Made by a program: the position numbers and the translations under genes
IMG/VR virus record: IMGVR_UViG_3300002026_000101
DNA length: 64,000 nt
Direction: 5' to 3' (one strand)
From: an uncultured virus (IMG/VR IMGVR_UViG_3300002026_000101)
Lineage: Duplodnaviria; Heunggongvirae; Uroviricota; Caudoviricetes
The notes under the pieces: generated by a model
Database searches by the model: none
What the model saw: the letters and a program-made list of their open reading frames with translations, nothing else
Told to the model about the DNA's origin: nothing
Shown here: piece by piece, positions 9,758-20,779 of the stretch
Layout: each line of letters opens with the position of its first letter
Numbering within the stretch: position 1 is the first letter of the stretch

Positions 9758-10867
9758 ATGAAACGGATGTTGATGTTGCTTGCTGGTGTGTTGCTGACTG
9801 CTGGGTCTGCTGTCGCGCAGGGTACGAACTGGGCAAAGGCGGTGATGTACGATCCCGCGACGGGGCTTTTTACTGACCCGACGATCATGGTGACCAATGT
9901 GGTTCAGGCAGGTGGGTGGGTTAATCAAGCATCTGTCACGAACTGGGGTTGGTCTAGTGACGGTGTTCAGGTCACTTTGACAAATTACACAGGGCCAAAC
10001 GACGTAGTGATCCCAGATATGCTGGATGGGTTGCCCGTGACTATGCTGCGGGATGAGTTGTTCTTAGGCTATGCAATAACATCTGTGACTGGTGGGGGCA
10101 ATCTAACGGCGATTGAGGAACAGGGGTTTTATAATTGTTCGAGCCTGTCGTCGGTGTCGTTGCTTAGTGTGCAGTTGGTTGGGGCAGAGGCGTTTGGAGA
10201 TTGCCATACGTTGGTCAGTGTCAACTTGCCTAATGCCACTGCGATTGGTATGCTTGCATTCTATCGGTGTACTAATTTAACCAGCATCACATTGCCTAGT
10301 GCGGTGACGATTGCAGAGGGGGCAATATATGAGTTATACAGTTTGACAAACGCGTACCTTCCGACCGTAACTACACTTGGGGCGTCGGCGTTCTGGGGCT
10401 GTACTAATTTAACCAGCATCACATTGCCTAGTGCAGTGACGATTGGAGTTAATTCATTTCGGAATTGTACTAGGCTTACCAGCGTGGACTGGGGACACAA
10501 TGCCCCGAGTACACAGTCTGGGGTATTTTCGTTAATTCCTGCTAATCAAGTTACTAATTATGTCACAAATCCGACTGCTACGGGGTGGGGGTCTACGTTT
10601 GGTAATATGCCTGTTGTACGGATGCCTATAACAGCCGACAGCGGTATGGTCAAGATCACAGGAACGAACTCTACCGCCATCGTCAACTACCAGACGATGA
10701 CGAATTACGTGGCTGGCTTTACGTCTTTAACCTTTGGTACTGCCCCTGTGGCGACGAACAGCACGGGTACTGCGGGCGATATGGTCTATGATGCTGCGCA
10801 ACCCAATTACCTTTACATCGGTGTTGGCACGGACACATGGAGGCGGGTGCAGTTGCTGGACTGGTAG
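9758..10867 (+). CDS. BspA-type leucine-rich-repeat protein with signal-peptide-like N-terminus and fibre-type C-terminal module
   Basis: AAGGAGG RBS; MKRMLMLLAGVLLTAGSAVAQ; repeats AFxxCTNLTSITLPSAVTI; C-terminal STGTAGDMVYD...YLYIGVGTDTWRRV. Confidence 0.85.
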   Translation: MKRMLMLLAGVLLTAGSAVAQGTNWAKAVMYDPATGLFTDPTIMVTNVVQAGGWVNQASVTNWGWSSDGVQVTLTNYTGPNDVVIPDMLDGLPVTMLRDELFLGYAITSVTGGGNLTAIEEQGFYNCSSLSSVSLLSVQLVGAEAFGDCHTLVSVNLPNATAIGMLAFYRCTNLTSITLPSAVTIAEGAIYELYSLTNAYLPTVTTLGASAFWGCTNLTSITLPSAVTIGVNSFRNCTRLTSVDWGHNAPSTQSGVFSLIPANQVTNYVTNPTATGWGSTFGNMPVVRMPITADSGMVKITGTNSTAIVNYQTMTNYVAGFTSLTFGTAPVATNSTGTAGDMVYDAAQPNYLYIGVGTDTWRRVQLLDW

Positions 10868-10929
10868 TCAAGTTTGCTGGTTTTGGTTGCTTAAAGCGTA
10901 ATGGGGAGTGATGGAAGGCTGTTAAGATT

Positions 10930-11613
10930 ATGGCAGAAAAAGACATAAAGTTGGTTCAGGTGCAGGGGGACGGCGGGCTTAAGGAGGTGACGGTCACACC
11001 CGTTGCGGGTCAGGTTCTGGGGTTTGACGGGAATCAGGACCCGACCATGCAGGTCGGCGGTGCGAATGGTGCCACTGGGCCTACGGGGCCGAGCGGCGGG
11101 CCTGTCGGGCCTACAGGGCCTGCTGGGCTGAATGGTGCTACGGGGCCTGCTGGACTGAATGGTGTCACGGGGCCTGCTGGGCTGAATGGTGTCACGGGGC
11201 CTGCTGGACTGGACGGTGTCACGGGTGCAACAGGGCCGATGGGGGCGACGGGGCCTAGCGTCACGCTGCTTGACGATTCGTACCGCGCCTCCCATATCAT
11301 CACCCCCGATGGCATCAATTTCACGATTGCGATTGACCGTTCAATGGGGTCGGAGGTTTCCGTTTCGTTGCCTACTGATGGGTACACGATTTCGGTTGAC
11401 GATCTGTCGTATCCCACGGAGGGTGCGTCGATCATCGGTCTGGACATCAACACGAATGGTCACACCTACACGTTTGACGGGTTGTTGTTCAACAACGTCG
11501 CCAACGTGACCCCGTACATTGACGCTTACCCCCTCCTGTATCATCGGATCATCATCAGCCGTGGCTATGGAGCTGCGAAGTGGTGGCTGTCCGTGGTCAA
11601 TGAGGTTCTGTAG
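10930..11613 (+). CDS. collagen-like (Gly-X-Y) fibre protein
   Basis: [10 protein letters not shown]...(GPAGLNGVT)n triplet repeats, 27-bp nucleotide units. Confidence 0.85.
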   Translation: MAEKDIKLVQVQGDGGLKEVTVTPVAGQVLGFDGNQDPTMQVGGANGATGPTGPSGGPVGPTGPAGLNGATGPAGLNGVTGPAGLNGVTGPAGLDGVTGATGPMGATGPSVTLLDDSYRASHIITPDGINFTIAIDRSMGSEVSVSLPTDGYTISVDDLSYPTEGASIIGLDINTNGHTYTFDGLLFNNVANVTPYIDAYPLLYHRIIISRGYGAAKWWLSVVNEVL

Positions 11614-11710
11614 TCGCCTTTGAGAGGATATAGGGAGAACGGGAACACTTCAATGCAGTGGGCTTCGGTTTTCGAGTCGCCCCGTCCCGTGATGAGTTAG
11701 GAGCTGTGAT

Positions 11711-13765
11711 ATGAGTCGTTTAATGCAGGGATGGTCGTCCGCGACAAACGCGGCGGCAGCGGTTCCGAAGGCAGTGTATGTGATGGAGGCGCAGGCGGGG
11801 TTGCAGTCTGCGACGGTTAAGGCGCAAGCTGACGGGGATAGCCGCTTGGGTATGGCCTGTGTAAAAGCCTTGCTTGAAGTGGCGAGGGCGGAGTTGCTAG
11901 CTGTTGACGGAATCGCTAGGGTGGCCGTGTTTGTTGATGCTGACGGGCTGTACGTTCGGGCAACGCTGTCTGTAGGGGCTGACGTTCGCAAGCAATATCC
12001 TGATCGTCTTGCAGACGGGACGAGGGTCGTGGTGGGATCACAGCCGATCATAAAGTCGCTTGCTGCGGCGAGGTTGCCTGTGGCTAATCATCCGAACACG
12101 GGTACGTTCCCAGAGAACGGTGGGAATACTGTTGCATCGCTTACGGGGGGAGACAAGGTTTCTGTCACCAATGGTACTGGTACTGGCGGGCTTGTCGTAC
12201 AGGACTTCTACAACAACACGCTGGCGATGCTGACGTGCGGTCATGTCGTTGCAACTACCAATGGCGATGTCATTGTCGGTCGCAAGGTGTTTGATATGTA
12301 CGATCTTGCTTTCGGGCGGGTGCTTCGGGGTGAGTACGTGGAACGGCAATACGGGACGGTTGTCGGTCAGGATTATGCCTTGGTGGACATAGAGCCGATC
12401 AACAACCCGAACAGCAAGATCAATAACCTTCCATACTGGAAATATGAGTTCGGGGTTCCTGCTTTTTCAGCCCCCAGCGTGGTAAAGGTCGGCGCGGCAA
12501 CTGGGCTTACCTCTGGAACCTATGTCGGGCTTGACGATGAAATGATTTATGTACTAGGGTCGCCCGACTTTGCGGCTGATGGTGATTCTGGTGCGATGGT
12601 CTTGAATGAGGACTCGAACTATGTTGTCGGAATGCTTCTTTCGACGGAAATCATGGTTGACCTTATTATTGGAGGGCTAACGCTTAGTCCCGTGTTCTGC
12701 ATAACGGACTGGGAGTCGTATCTCGCCCCCGAGGGGTCGCCGATCATAAGCTACGGGACGATCACAGAATACAATGTCGGCCCCGGCACCGTGGCCGAGG
12801 GGGCTGGTGCGATTCGGGCTATGCTTGTCGGGGAGGCCATAGTCGGGTCGACGGACAAGATGTTCAAGCTGTTGATTACGATTAGCTATAACGATCAGGC
12901 ACGGCCCGGCATGGAACTGAAGACCAATTCTGTTCAGTTGCCGAACTGGGAGGCGTTTTACACGACAGGGGTCGTTGCTGGGCTATTCATATCCTATGTC
13001 TCCAGCGGGATTCAGATACTGGGGACTTCCGTTGCCTTAGGGGCGGGTTTTGACGGGGTGCTTGCAAACGTCATGCGCATAGACAGGCTGGAGAATAACG
13101 CTCGTATCGTGGCGTGGGACGGGACGCTTGTTATGGGGCGGGAGTATATTCCAGAGGTGTTGCCGTTGAAGATAGAATGGCGGGGGCGCAGCTACAGCTT
13201 TAGCGGGTTCGATGCGAGCGTGTCCCCGACCCATGACCTTGCGCTCTACAGGGACATATACATCGTGCTTTACATAGACGAGGTGTATATGGGCGGGAAG
13301 ACAGAGGAGGGGTACTACGACAATGACCCGCTGTTCGATGAGTATGGTCGTGGGAAGTGGAAAGAACACTGCGATCACTGGAACAAGGACTATGCCGTTC
13401 ATTACACGGATGGGGCAAACAGGTTCAAGATCATCAACGTGGCAAAGCCGACGGGCAACAATATCATCATTCCGCCGAACGAGACGCTGATGCCAGCGCA
13501 GGTGGACTTGTCGCTAACGACCGCCCCAGGGGTGGTGACGTTTACGCCGCCAGACATCACGTTTTCAGATACGGCGGAGCAGTTGTTTGTGTTTTACGAT
13601 AACGTGTCGATGCCACAGAACGTAGGGTTCGTTCCCGCACTGCTTGCTCACTACGCCCAGTTCGCTGTTGATCATCCGACGATCCCAGTGACGGTTACGC
13701 CGACAAGTGATGAACGGTGGGTTCAGTGGTTTATTGATGCGTTCAACTTACCCCGTGTCCAATAG
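11711..13765 (+). CDS. protein with trypsin-like (S1) serine protease domain
   Basis: LTCGHVV (His), DYALV (Asp), GDSGA (Ser) in correct order. Confidence 0.75.
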   Translation: MSRLMQGWSSATNAAAAVPKAVYVMEAQAGLQSATVKAQADGDSRLGMACVKALLEVARAELLAVDGIARVAVFVDADGLYVRATLSVGADVRKQYPDRLADGTRVVVGSQPIIKSLAAARLPVANHPNTGTFPENGGNTVASLTGGDKVSVTNGTGTGGLVVQDFYNNTLAMLTCGHVVATTNGDVIVGRKVFDMYDLAFGRVLRGEYVERQYGTVVGQDYALVDIEPINNPNSKINNLPYWKYEFGVPAFSAPSVVKVGAATGLTSGTYVGLDDEMIYVLGSPDFAADGDSGAMVLNEDSNYVVGMLLSTEIMVDLIIGGLTLSPVFCITDWESYLAPEGSPIISYGTITEYNVGPGTVAEGAGAIRAMLVGEAIVGSTDKMFKLLITISYNDQARPGMELKTNSVQLPNWEAFYTTGVVAGLFISYVSSGIQILGTSVALGAGFDGVLANVMRIDRLENNARIVAWDGTLVMGREYIPEVLPLKIEWRGRSYSFSGFDASVSPTHDLALYRDIYIVLYIDEVYMGGKTEEGYYDNDPLFDEYGRGKWKEHCDHWNKDYAVHYTDGANRFKIINVAKPTGNNIIIPPNETLMPAQVDLSLTTAPGVVTFTPPDITFSDTAEQLFVFYDNVSMPQNVGFVPALLAHYAQFAVDHPTIPVTVTPTSDERWVQWFIDAFNLPRVQ

Positions 13766-13783
13766 GGAGTGTCTGGCATATCC

Positions 13784-13817
13784 AAGCGCGGGGGTTAATC
13801 ACCTACCGCGCTTTTTT
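13784..13817 (+). terminator. intrinsic terminator
   Basis: AAGCGCGG/CCGCGCTT stem plus T-run. Confidence 0.7.
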
Positions 13818-13821
13818 ATTG

Positions 13822-13850
13822 TAGAAACTTTCAGGCTGCTGGTGATAGGG
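13822..13850 (+). promoter_or_regulatory. motif A promoter
   Basis: TAGAAA-N13-GGTGATAGGG directly after terminator. Confidence 0.75.
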
Positions 13851-13997
13851 GCGTGTTGGGGATCGGATGGCGTATAGTGGATTTACAAGACCTGTTTCGG
13901 GGCAACCTCCCGCCTAGGCACATTCTGGGTGGTCAAAACAACGAATAGGGAGGGTACAGGGAGTTGACCTGTCCTGCACTTGCATAAAGGGGGATGA

Positions 13998-14543
13998 ATG
14001 AGGATTGAGGAGATAAAGGCGGCGTTAGACGGGGTCGCTTCTAACTTGAAGCTGTTTGATACGATTATTGAGCAGGACTACACGACGGGTGAGGGCCGAA
14101 TAACCGCCACGCAGGTAGAGTTGGTTCAGAACTTGATTGACCTGTTTAGGGCGATGCGCTGGGGGGTGTCGCTGGAGGTGCACAAGCAGGTGGAGGTCGG
14201 GGAGCAGTCGGCGATCAGGAAGCCGCTAGGGCATAAACAGGGGGCCTTGGTCTCGGTCAGGTCGTGTCGCAAGGAGCATGGGGATAAGACGTATCTGGGA
14301 ATCCTTATCGGGGATGTTGCAACGGGTATTCATACGGCTGTCAACGGTGAAACGCTAAAGGTCGGGATGTCGCATTACAATCCAGCGATTCTGATTCCAG
14401 GGCTGGGGGAGATTGTCTACGGGTGCGAGTCGTGGTGGGGGGTGATCGAATCGGAGGATGACCTGAAGGAGGTGATCACAGACGAAACGATCCAGAGCGT
14501 GTGGTACGTGAAAGCGTTGCTGGGAATGTGCGGGAAATCCTAG
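13998..14543 (+). CDS. hypothetical phage protein
   Basis: 181-aa ORF with RBS. Confidence 0.7.
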   Translation: MRIEEIKAALDGVASNLKLFDTIIEQDYTTGEGRITATQVELVQNLIDLFRAMRWGVSLEVHKQVEVGEQSAIRKPLGHKQGALVSVRSCRKEHGDKTYLGILIGDVATGIHTAVNGETLKVGMSHYNPAILIPGLGEIVYGCESWWGVIESEDDLKEVITDETIQSVWYVKALLGMCGKS

Positions 14544-14986
14544 TCAGTGGTGGGTGTGGGAGGGGGATGGGGTATGAGCAAGCACACAAAGGAGGCGGGG
14601 ATGGATGGGATTTCAACCGATGCGGAAGGCGTGGCGGAAGCGACGGCCGGTGGCGGTGCNNNNNNNNNNNNNNNNNNNNGGCGTGGCGGAAGCGACGGCC
14701 GGTGGCGGTGCGCAGGTGGATGCTGTAGCGGCCGGGGCCGCGCCCGAAGCGGGTGAAGCGGTAGGCGCTGGCGGCGGGTGCCTTTGCTGTCTCTGCCAAT
14801 CTCATGCAGCTCTTTTCCGAGCGCTTGCAGACTTTGTTCAAGGGGTTTGTTCATGCGGGAGGTAATAGCAGGGGCGGTGGGGTGTTGCAAAGGGGAAACT
14901 TTAACGGGGAATGGCGGGCGTCCCGCCCGCGCTCCCAGGAAGGGGGGATGGCGATGATGAAGGCGGCGTTTGAGGTGGTGTGGTAG

Positions 14987-15015
14987 TAGAAAGATTAGGG
15001 GGTGTGGTGATAGGG
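14987..15015 (+). promoter_or_regulatory. motif A promoter
   Basis: TAGAAA-N13-GGTGATAGGG. Confidence 0.7.
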
Positions 15016-15590
15016 GGGCAGGAGGTGGGATTATGGGTGATGGACTGGTTGGCAAGGCGGTTGTGGTAAAACCTACGCAGGGTGTGTATCAGGGGGATTT
15101 GTGTGGGGTGGTTGTGCGGGGGACGGCGACGCGGGTGATAGTTCGTGTTGACGGGATGTACCTGTGGACATTCAGAAAGTGTGACGGTCTTCGTCTGGGG
15201 TATCAGAGGAATGAGTTTCCGCGTTATCAGGTGGTTCTGGACTAGGTTTGTGTGGGGGTTGTGATGGGTGATGTGAATAAACGGGTTGATGGAGGTTGCC
15301 GTATGCCTTGTAATCAGGGGCTGATACCTGCGTTCCGTTCCACGGATAGGGACGTGGTTTGCCCAGAAAACGCTTGTCCGTACAACAAATACGGGAAACG
15401 GTTTAACAAGTGGTCTGTTGAGGTTCCAGAGCTTGGCGGTGGCAGCGGGACATTTTGAGCGGTACAATGGGGGGGGGGCGCACGCAGTACGCGGTGTGCG
15501 ATAAGGCACAGGGAAGACAAGGGAAAGGCCGTCGATGTGGTGGCGGACGGTATGGTTATTGGTGGAACAGATCGGATGGGGGTGTACTAG

Positions 15591-16013
15591 ATGAAGAATG
15601 CTGTATTTGTGCTGGTAATGACGGTGGCTGGCGTGTCATTTTACTCGAACATAAAGAACGCGTGTGGGTGTTCGGAGGCGGATCGGTCGCCGTTCCGTAC
15701 GATGACGAACTATATTGGCGATAGCGTCCAAGCTACAACCACGAACGGGACGCGGTCTGGGGCGTGGTCTGTCGACACGAACTGGTGTTCATCGACGGGG
15801 AGTATTCACTGGAATATTGGATGCACGGGAGTCGTTGAGATAGCGCGGGTCACGCCGACGAAGCTGGTGATGGGGCCAGTAGAGATCGACGGTTCGACGG
15901 GGCGGGTGACAATCGAGGAGGGGGTGACGCTGGACGAGGCGAGTCGGGAGTTCTGGCGGCGAGTGGAGCAGGCGTACCCTGTGCTGTTTGTGGACAAGGT
16001 GAAAAAAGAATAG
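15591..16013 (+). CDS. hypothetical protein with hydrophobic N-terminus
   Basis: 140-aa ORF. Confidence 0.55.
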   Translation: MKNAVFVLVMTVAGVSFYSNIKNACGCSEADRSPFRTMTNYIGDSVQATTTNGTRSGAWSVDTNWCSSTGSIHWNIGCTGVVEIARVTPTKLVMGPVEIDGSTGRVTIEEGVTLDEASREFWRRVEQAYPVLFVDKVKKE

Positions 16014-16015
16014 GG

Positions 16016-16477
16016 GTGGCAGGAATGATCGAGGCGTACGGGAGGCTGGGGAGAGTGGAGGTTAGCTGCGTGTCGACGCGTACGGTGCTTGACGTGGGGT
16101 CTGCCTACGTGCTGCTTGGCAAGCTCCAGCAGGCGATTGGGGACTGCGAGGCGGGGAGCGGGGAGTTGGGGATTACACCAGGGTCGCAGGGGACGGCGTC
16201 GCATATCGTGTGTGGTCGGGGCTGCAAGGACTCGTTTGAGTCCTGTTCGCATGGGGCTGGTCGCCGCATGGGTCGCAAGCAGGCACAGCGGGAGTTGAGT
16301 CTTGGGGACGAGATCAGGCGGCTGGACGATGCTGGGGTTGTTCACGGGATCAGTTCCGTGAAGGACTTGGACGAGGCGTCGGGGGCTTACAAGGACATCG
16401 GTCAGGTGATGATGAACCAGACGGATCTGGTGGAGATTGTGGAGACGCTGCGTCCGCTGGGCGTTGTTAAAGGTTGA
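16016..16477 (+). pseudogene. rtcB: C-terminal fragment of RtcB RNA ligase fused to an unrelated N-terminus
   Basis: GITPGSQGT, SCSHGAGRRMGR, DEASGAYKDI, LRPLGVVKG are RtcB C-terminal motifs; metal-binding N-terminal part absent. Confidence 0.8.
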
Positions 16478-17745
16478 TTGCTTTTGATTGATATTTTTTT
16501 TATATTTCGCGCTAGGTGTTGAATCTATCAATCTAAAAGGAGCGTGTGGAATGGACTCAGTTATTAAGACTAAGAGGGACGCAGCAGAGCGGGCGATCTG
16601 GGAGGCGGAGGCGGCTCAGCGGGCGTACCATGTTGCTTTGAAGCGTGCAAAGCAACATGGAATTGATGTTGAGGATGCGATTCCTATAGACGTTCTTGTT
16701 TCCGATTCAAGGCAGGTATTAGACAAATTGTTAGACATACGCGGTGGATATGGGGCGCGGAGATCAAGCGTTTCGCAGGACTTGGTGTCCCGTGTTGCCG
16801 ACAGTCGGTTCAGGATGATCCTCGGTGGATGAAGGCCAAGTATCCAGGGAAAGCGCAGGACGGTACGTCGTTCAAGAAGGGCGAGGACGCGTCAGTTCTT
16901 TGTGGGGAAGCAGGCGGAGCGGGAGGGGGCTGATTTTGAGTCCAATGCGGCGGACGAGGATGCGTACAATGCGTCGGTGGAAAGGGAGCTGGTGGCCGTG
17001 GCGGGGCTTTTGCGCGGGGCAAAGCTATTAAGCCCGAAGTCCAATGCGGCGATGGCGCTCGTCGGGAGACGGCGGGGAAGAAGGCGGTGAACTACGTCAA
17101 GAAGCTGGACGTGGACGATGAGTACAAGAGGGGGAGGGGCTTATGTGGTACTGGCCAGGGTGGCTGGATCGGGAGGGTATGTAAATGGGATCGCCAATGC
17201 TACATGTGGTTTGCGGGAACTGCGGATGCAACAGCATGTTCACGTTCGGGATTATACCCGAGGGGCATTGCGTGTCGGGGGATGAGGGGGGGACGGAGGA
17301 CAGGTTTGAACCGGCGGTGTGGCTTGAGTGCGGCAAGTGTTCGACGATTTACGATCTTTGGGACGTGATGCCTGCCAAAGTCAAGGCGGCGAAAGAAAGC
17401 GAGACGGAATGAGCAGCATCCAAAGTTCGACGGTTTTGCTGGTTAAAAACGACGCTTCGCAAAGCGGGATACGAAATTAGAAGGAGAGAATCGTTATGAC
17501 AAAAAAGACAGCGATTGATACTATCAGGCAACGGGCGGAAAGATATCTTGAATCGGCCAAGCAAGCAGCCTTGCAGTCGGTTGTTGATGACAGCGTTACG
17601 CCTGAAATCCAAGCGGGTCGGGTGTTGAGGGTCAAGATGGACAAGGCGGTGTACGATGAGTTGAATATCGTTATTGCGTACGTGGAGCAGATCAAGGAGG
17701 GGACGCCATACGCGGCGGTTGCTGTGGATTGATTGGGTCTTGCGG

Positions 17746-17775
17746 TAGAAAACCAGCGTGGTGCTGGTGATAGGG
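17746..17775 (+). promoter_or_regulatory. motif A promoter
   Basis: TAGAAA-N14-GGTGATAGGG. Confidence 0.65.
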
Positions 17776-17800
17776 TGTTTATTCAGGGGAGGGGCGGGTT

Positions 17801-18250
17801 ATGGGGTACGAGGTAAAGGGGGCGAAGTATCACAAGGGCGGGGATGGGTTGGGGGTCAACTGCAATATTTACAGGGACGGGAAGCGGGTTGCGTCCTATC
17901 GGGATGACGGGAACGGTGGGATGCCGATCATGGATTTTGCGTCCGCTGACGAACGGGTGGCGTTTGAGGCATACGTCGCGATGTGGCCTAATTTCGAGAT
18001 TATCAAGGGTCGTATGTACTCCCCAAGCTACGATCTGGTGGTCGGGGAGTTGCTGGAGTGGAAGGATATTGCGGCGGAGGCCAAGAAGGAGACCTTGTTT
18101 CGCATCGCGGGTCAGGCGTATAAGCGTGGGGAGTGGTCTATTGTTGACAAGCCGTACAGCCAGTCGGTTAGGGAGATGGCAGTCAATCGGTACAAGGCTG
18201 TGGTGTTCAGGGTGGATCAGGTCGGGCAGATGGTTCCGATTACGGGGTAG
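17801..18250 (+). CDS. hypothetical phage protein
   Basis: 149-aa ORF after motif A and GGGAGG RBS. Confidence 0.7.
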   Translation: MGYEVKGAKYHKGGDGLGVNCNIYRDGKRVASYRDDGNGGMPIMDFASADERVAFEAYVAMWPNFEIIKGRMYSPSYDLVVGELLEWKDIAAEAKKETLFRIAGQAYKRGEWSIVDKPYSQSVREMAVNRYKAVVFRVDQVGQMVPITG

Positions 18251-18273
18251 GGTGAAATCCGATAGGGTTAGTG

Positions 18274-18320
18274 AAACAGGGAGCAGTCTGGGAACGGGCT
18301 GTGTCCCTGTTTGTTTTTTT
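18274..18320 (+). terminator. intrinsic terminator
   Basis: AAACAGGGA...TCCCTGTTT stem plus T-run. Confidence 0.7.
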
Positions 18321-18366
18321 GATAAATACGGGTTATGTATGCGGGTATGACTAATTAGGGGGCGTT

Positions 18367-18630
18367 ATGAATGATGTTTGGGTTGCCAAAGAGCTGCGGA
18401 TTGTAGCCAAGATGGTTAAGGCGAGGCAAGAGATGCCAGTCCATAAAAAGACGGCATTTGAAAGAATAGGCAGATCGGTCTCATCAAAACGTCTTGCTGC
18501 TGACTTAAAGGGTGGGGAGCAGAAGGCTTACGACATGGGGTTTAACGATGGGCGTATGGGTCGTAAGAAAACCAAGTCGGCAGTGGAGGGTAGTTTTGGA
18601 GTCAATGCGGAGATTACTGGCGACGTTTAG
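18367..18630 (+). CDS. hypothetical protein with MND..VAKEL N-terminal motif
   Basis: Follows motif B at 18320; N-terminus shared with the ORF at 43343. Confidence 0.6.
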   Translation: MNDVWVAKELRIVAKMVKARQEMPVHKKTAFERIGRSVSSKRLAADLKGGEQKAYDMGFNDGRMGRKKTKSAVEGSFGVNAEITGDV

Positions 18631-19204
18631 AAACAGTACTCTCGGTACTCGCGGGGTGAATGGATTTATGAGCCTAAGCCTGAAAACATTGAGGTGATAG
18701 TAAGCGACCTTGACCATCGCATTGAGATGGCTGATACATCAGATCTCTGGGAACACATTGTTGAAAACGCTGAAGAACCCAGAGATTAGTGAAATATACG
18801 AATGGGAATGATGTAGTGAAAATTGAAACCAAAGGTTGCTGGAACTGCGCTCGCAAACACCTAGGGGAGGCGGTGACGTGGTTTCAGGAGAGTGAGATGG
18901 GGCACCCCGAGCATTTCTGGGCTGGGGTCGGGGCGTTGTCCCATGCGGAGCGGGAGGTGTTGCCTTTGGATCAGGAGGCTGCGAATGCGATAAGGCAGGC
19001 GCGTCATGGGTGCTACGGCGGGGTTCTACCCGATGTGATGCTGTTTATAAGGCTGGTGAACGATAAGTGCGGTAGTGTATTCGGGGTCGGGGTTGAAAGC
19101 GATTGTGGGGCTTGTAAGGCGGCTTGCAGGCTGTCTTATGATGGTTCCCCGCTGCGTAGTCAGCCCGACTATGGTGAACGGGAAGTGGTTGGCAGGAGAA
19201 GCAG

Positions 19205-19642
19205 ATGCGCTTTGAAAAAGTAATAGGTCGAATAGCGAGTCGGGTTGTTTCAGCGGGAAACCCAGACAGGCGACTTGAGATGATGTGTGATAAGCTGTAT
19301 GATGTTTTTCGTCGGCTTTCGTCGGGGGAGATCGACAAAACGACTCCCGATCAGGCTGATCGGGTCTGGATGGGGGTCAGAGCGTCTGGTCAGGAGGCGG
19401 TTGTGCTCGCAAAGCGTATTGACCTGTCAAGACCAGGGTCAAGCTGGGAGAAGGCGGTTTCCGAACTTGTGTCCAAAGCAATTCGGCTTGCGTTAAGTTA
19501 TCAGGATTTGTCAACTTCCAGAAAAATCATTCAGGATCAGGAGCTTGAAATGGAGTTTGACCTGAAAGCGGCCAAACGCGACTGGGAGTCTCTTTCCAAT
19601 GAGTGGGCCGAGGTCAAGGGGAATATAGAGAGGTTGAAATGA
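19205..19642 (+). CDS. hypothetical helical protein
   Basis: 145-aa ORF coupled (ATGA) to next gene. Confidence 0.65.
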   Translation: MRFEKVIGRIASRVVSAGNPDRRLEMMCDKLYDVFRRLSSGEIDKTTPDQADRVWMGVRASGQEAVVLAKRIDLSRPGSSWEKAVSELVSKAIRLALSYQDLSTSRKIIQDQELEMEFDLKAAKRDWESLSNEWAEVKGNIERLK

Positions 19643-19754
19643 ACATGAAAAAAGCGGCATACGGAGAAGAGGTTGAAATGAACATGAAAAAAGCGGCCTA
19701 CGGAGAAGAGGTTGAAATGAACATGAAAAAAGCGGCCTACGGAGAAGAGGTTGA
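19629..19754 (+). repeat. 39-bp tandem repeat x3 spanning RBS and start codon
   Basis: AGAGGTTGAAATGAACATGAAAAAAGCGGC(A/C)TACGGAGA at 19629, 19668, 19707 plus partial at 19746. Confidence 0.95.
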
Positions 19755-20415
19755 CACGGTCATCAATGGCCTACAGGGCATGATTTCAGAGACGCAGGGG
19801 CTTTTGACAAACAAGCCAGATATGGCAGCATACAAGCAGGCATTGCGTGGGTTGGAGCAACTGGGGCATAGTCTTGTCAAGCCAGCCCGTATGCTTTCCC
19901 TGCGACTGTCTGATACATCGGTGGCGGGGGAGGTCGAGGAACTTGTCGCGGCTATCCTGTCTATTGCCAGAGAGGGTCTGTTTGCTGCGCTGAATATCAT
20001 CCGCCGTCAGGAGGAGGACAAGGCGCAACGGGATGAGTTGGCGATGCAATTGCGAGAGGTCGAACGGAGTATGGGTAGCCTTGATCGGCTGGTGAACCAG
20101 AATCTATCTAGGGCGGCGGCAGACGGCAAGCGGGTGACAATGGCGACTGCAAAGGCGGTGCTGAAGAAGATGGGGGTTACCCCGACCCAGTACGAGTTCA
20201 GCGGCAACGATGAGGTGACATTCTATCCAGACCCGAACGGGGAGGAGACACTGAAGAGTGTTGGGGATGCAAAGCGCAATGCGTATGCGTTCGCAAAGGC
20301 TATTGGGGTTCGCGGGGTTTCGTCGAACGGGAGTATGTTCTGGGTTAAGTGGGGCGGTCGGGTGGTACAGGACATGGGGGATTACAATAACCCGTCAAGC
20401 CGTTGGCATTACTGA
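19639..20415 (+). CDS. hypothetical protein
   Basis: ORF beginning with MNMKKAAYGEEV three times. Confidence 0.7.
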   Translation: MNMKKAAYGEEVEMNMKKAAYGEEVEMNMKKAAYGEEVDTVINGLQGMISETQGLLTNKPDMAAYKQALRGLEQLGHSLVKPARMLSLRLSDTSVAGEVEELVAAILSIAREGLFAALNIIRRQEEDKAQRDELAMQLREVERSMGSLDRLVNQNLSRAAADGKRVTMATAKAVLKKMGVTPTQYEFSGNDEVTFYPDPNGEETLKSVGDAKRNAYAFAKAIGVRGVSSNGSMFWVKWGGRVVQDMGDYNNPSSRWHY

Positions 20416-20440
20416 TTTTTTAGAGTAAGGTGGTGATATT

Positions 20441-20779
20441 ATGGCGAATGAACGGGTAGAGACATCGGCGGGTGATACGGCGTGGCAGCAGGCTGCGGCG
20501 GCACAGGCGGCAAGATCCATGTTTGTTGCTGGCAAGGCTGTGTCTAGGACGCTTGACGCCAACTGGGAACGTGATTATCGTATTCCAGTCGGTACGGCTG
20601 CGATTGACGGCGGGGTGACGGGAATGATCGCGATGGACTATACGCGGGTTATCAAGGTGGGTCGAAACGTCGTGTGCGATACGACGCTGGTGTCAAAGCC
20701 TGCTGACCCGTCGATCACTACGCAGTTGAATAATGGGACGCGGGAGCGCGGGAGCGGGTTTAATTCTGTGGGGATTTGA
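20441..20779 (+). CDS. hypothetical protein
   Basis: 112-aa ORF with AAGGTGG RBS. Confidence 0.65.
   Translation: MANERVETSAGDTAWQQAAAAQAARSMFVAGKAVSRTLDANWERDYRIPVGTAAIDGGVTGMIAMDYTRVIKVGRNVVCDTTLVSKPADPSITTQLNNGTRERGSGFNSVGI

Noticed and set aside
8945..9928. Long minus-strand ORFs here and elsewhere (e.g. 59948-61330)
   Set aside because: They are Pro/His/Thr-rich shadows of G/T-rich + strand sequence, without RBS or motifs.
14629..14712. Direct repeat GGCGTGGCGGAAGCGACGGCCGGTGGCGGTGC
   Set aside because: The copies flank an N gap, so this is probably a scaffold overlap artefact.
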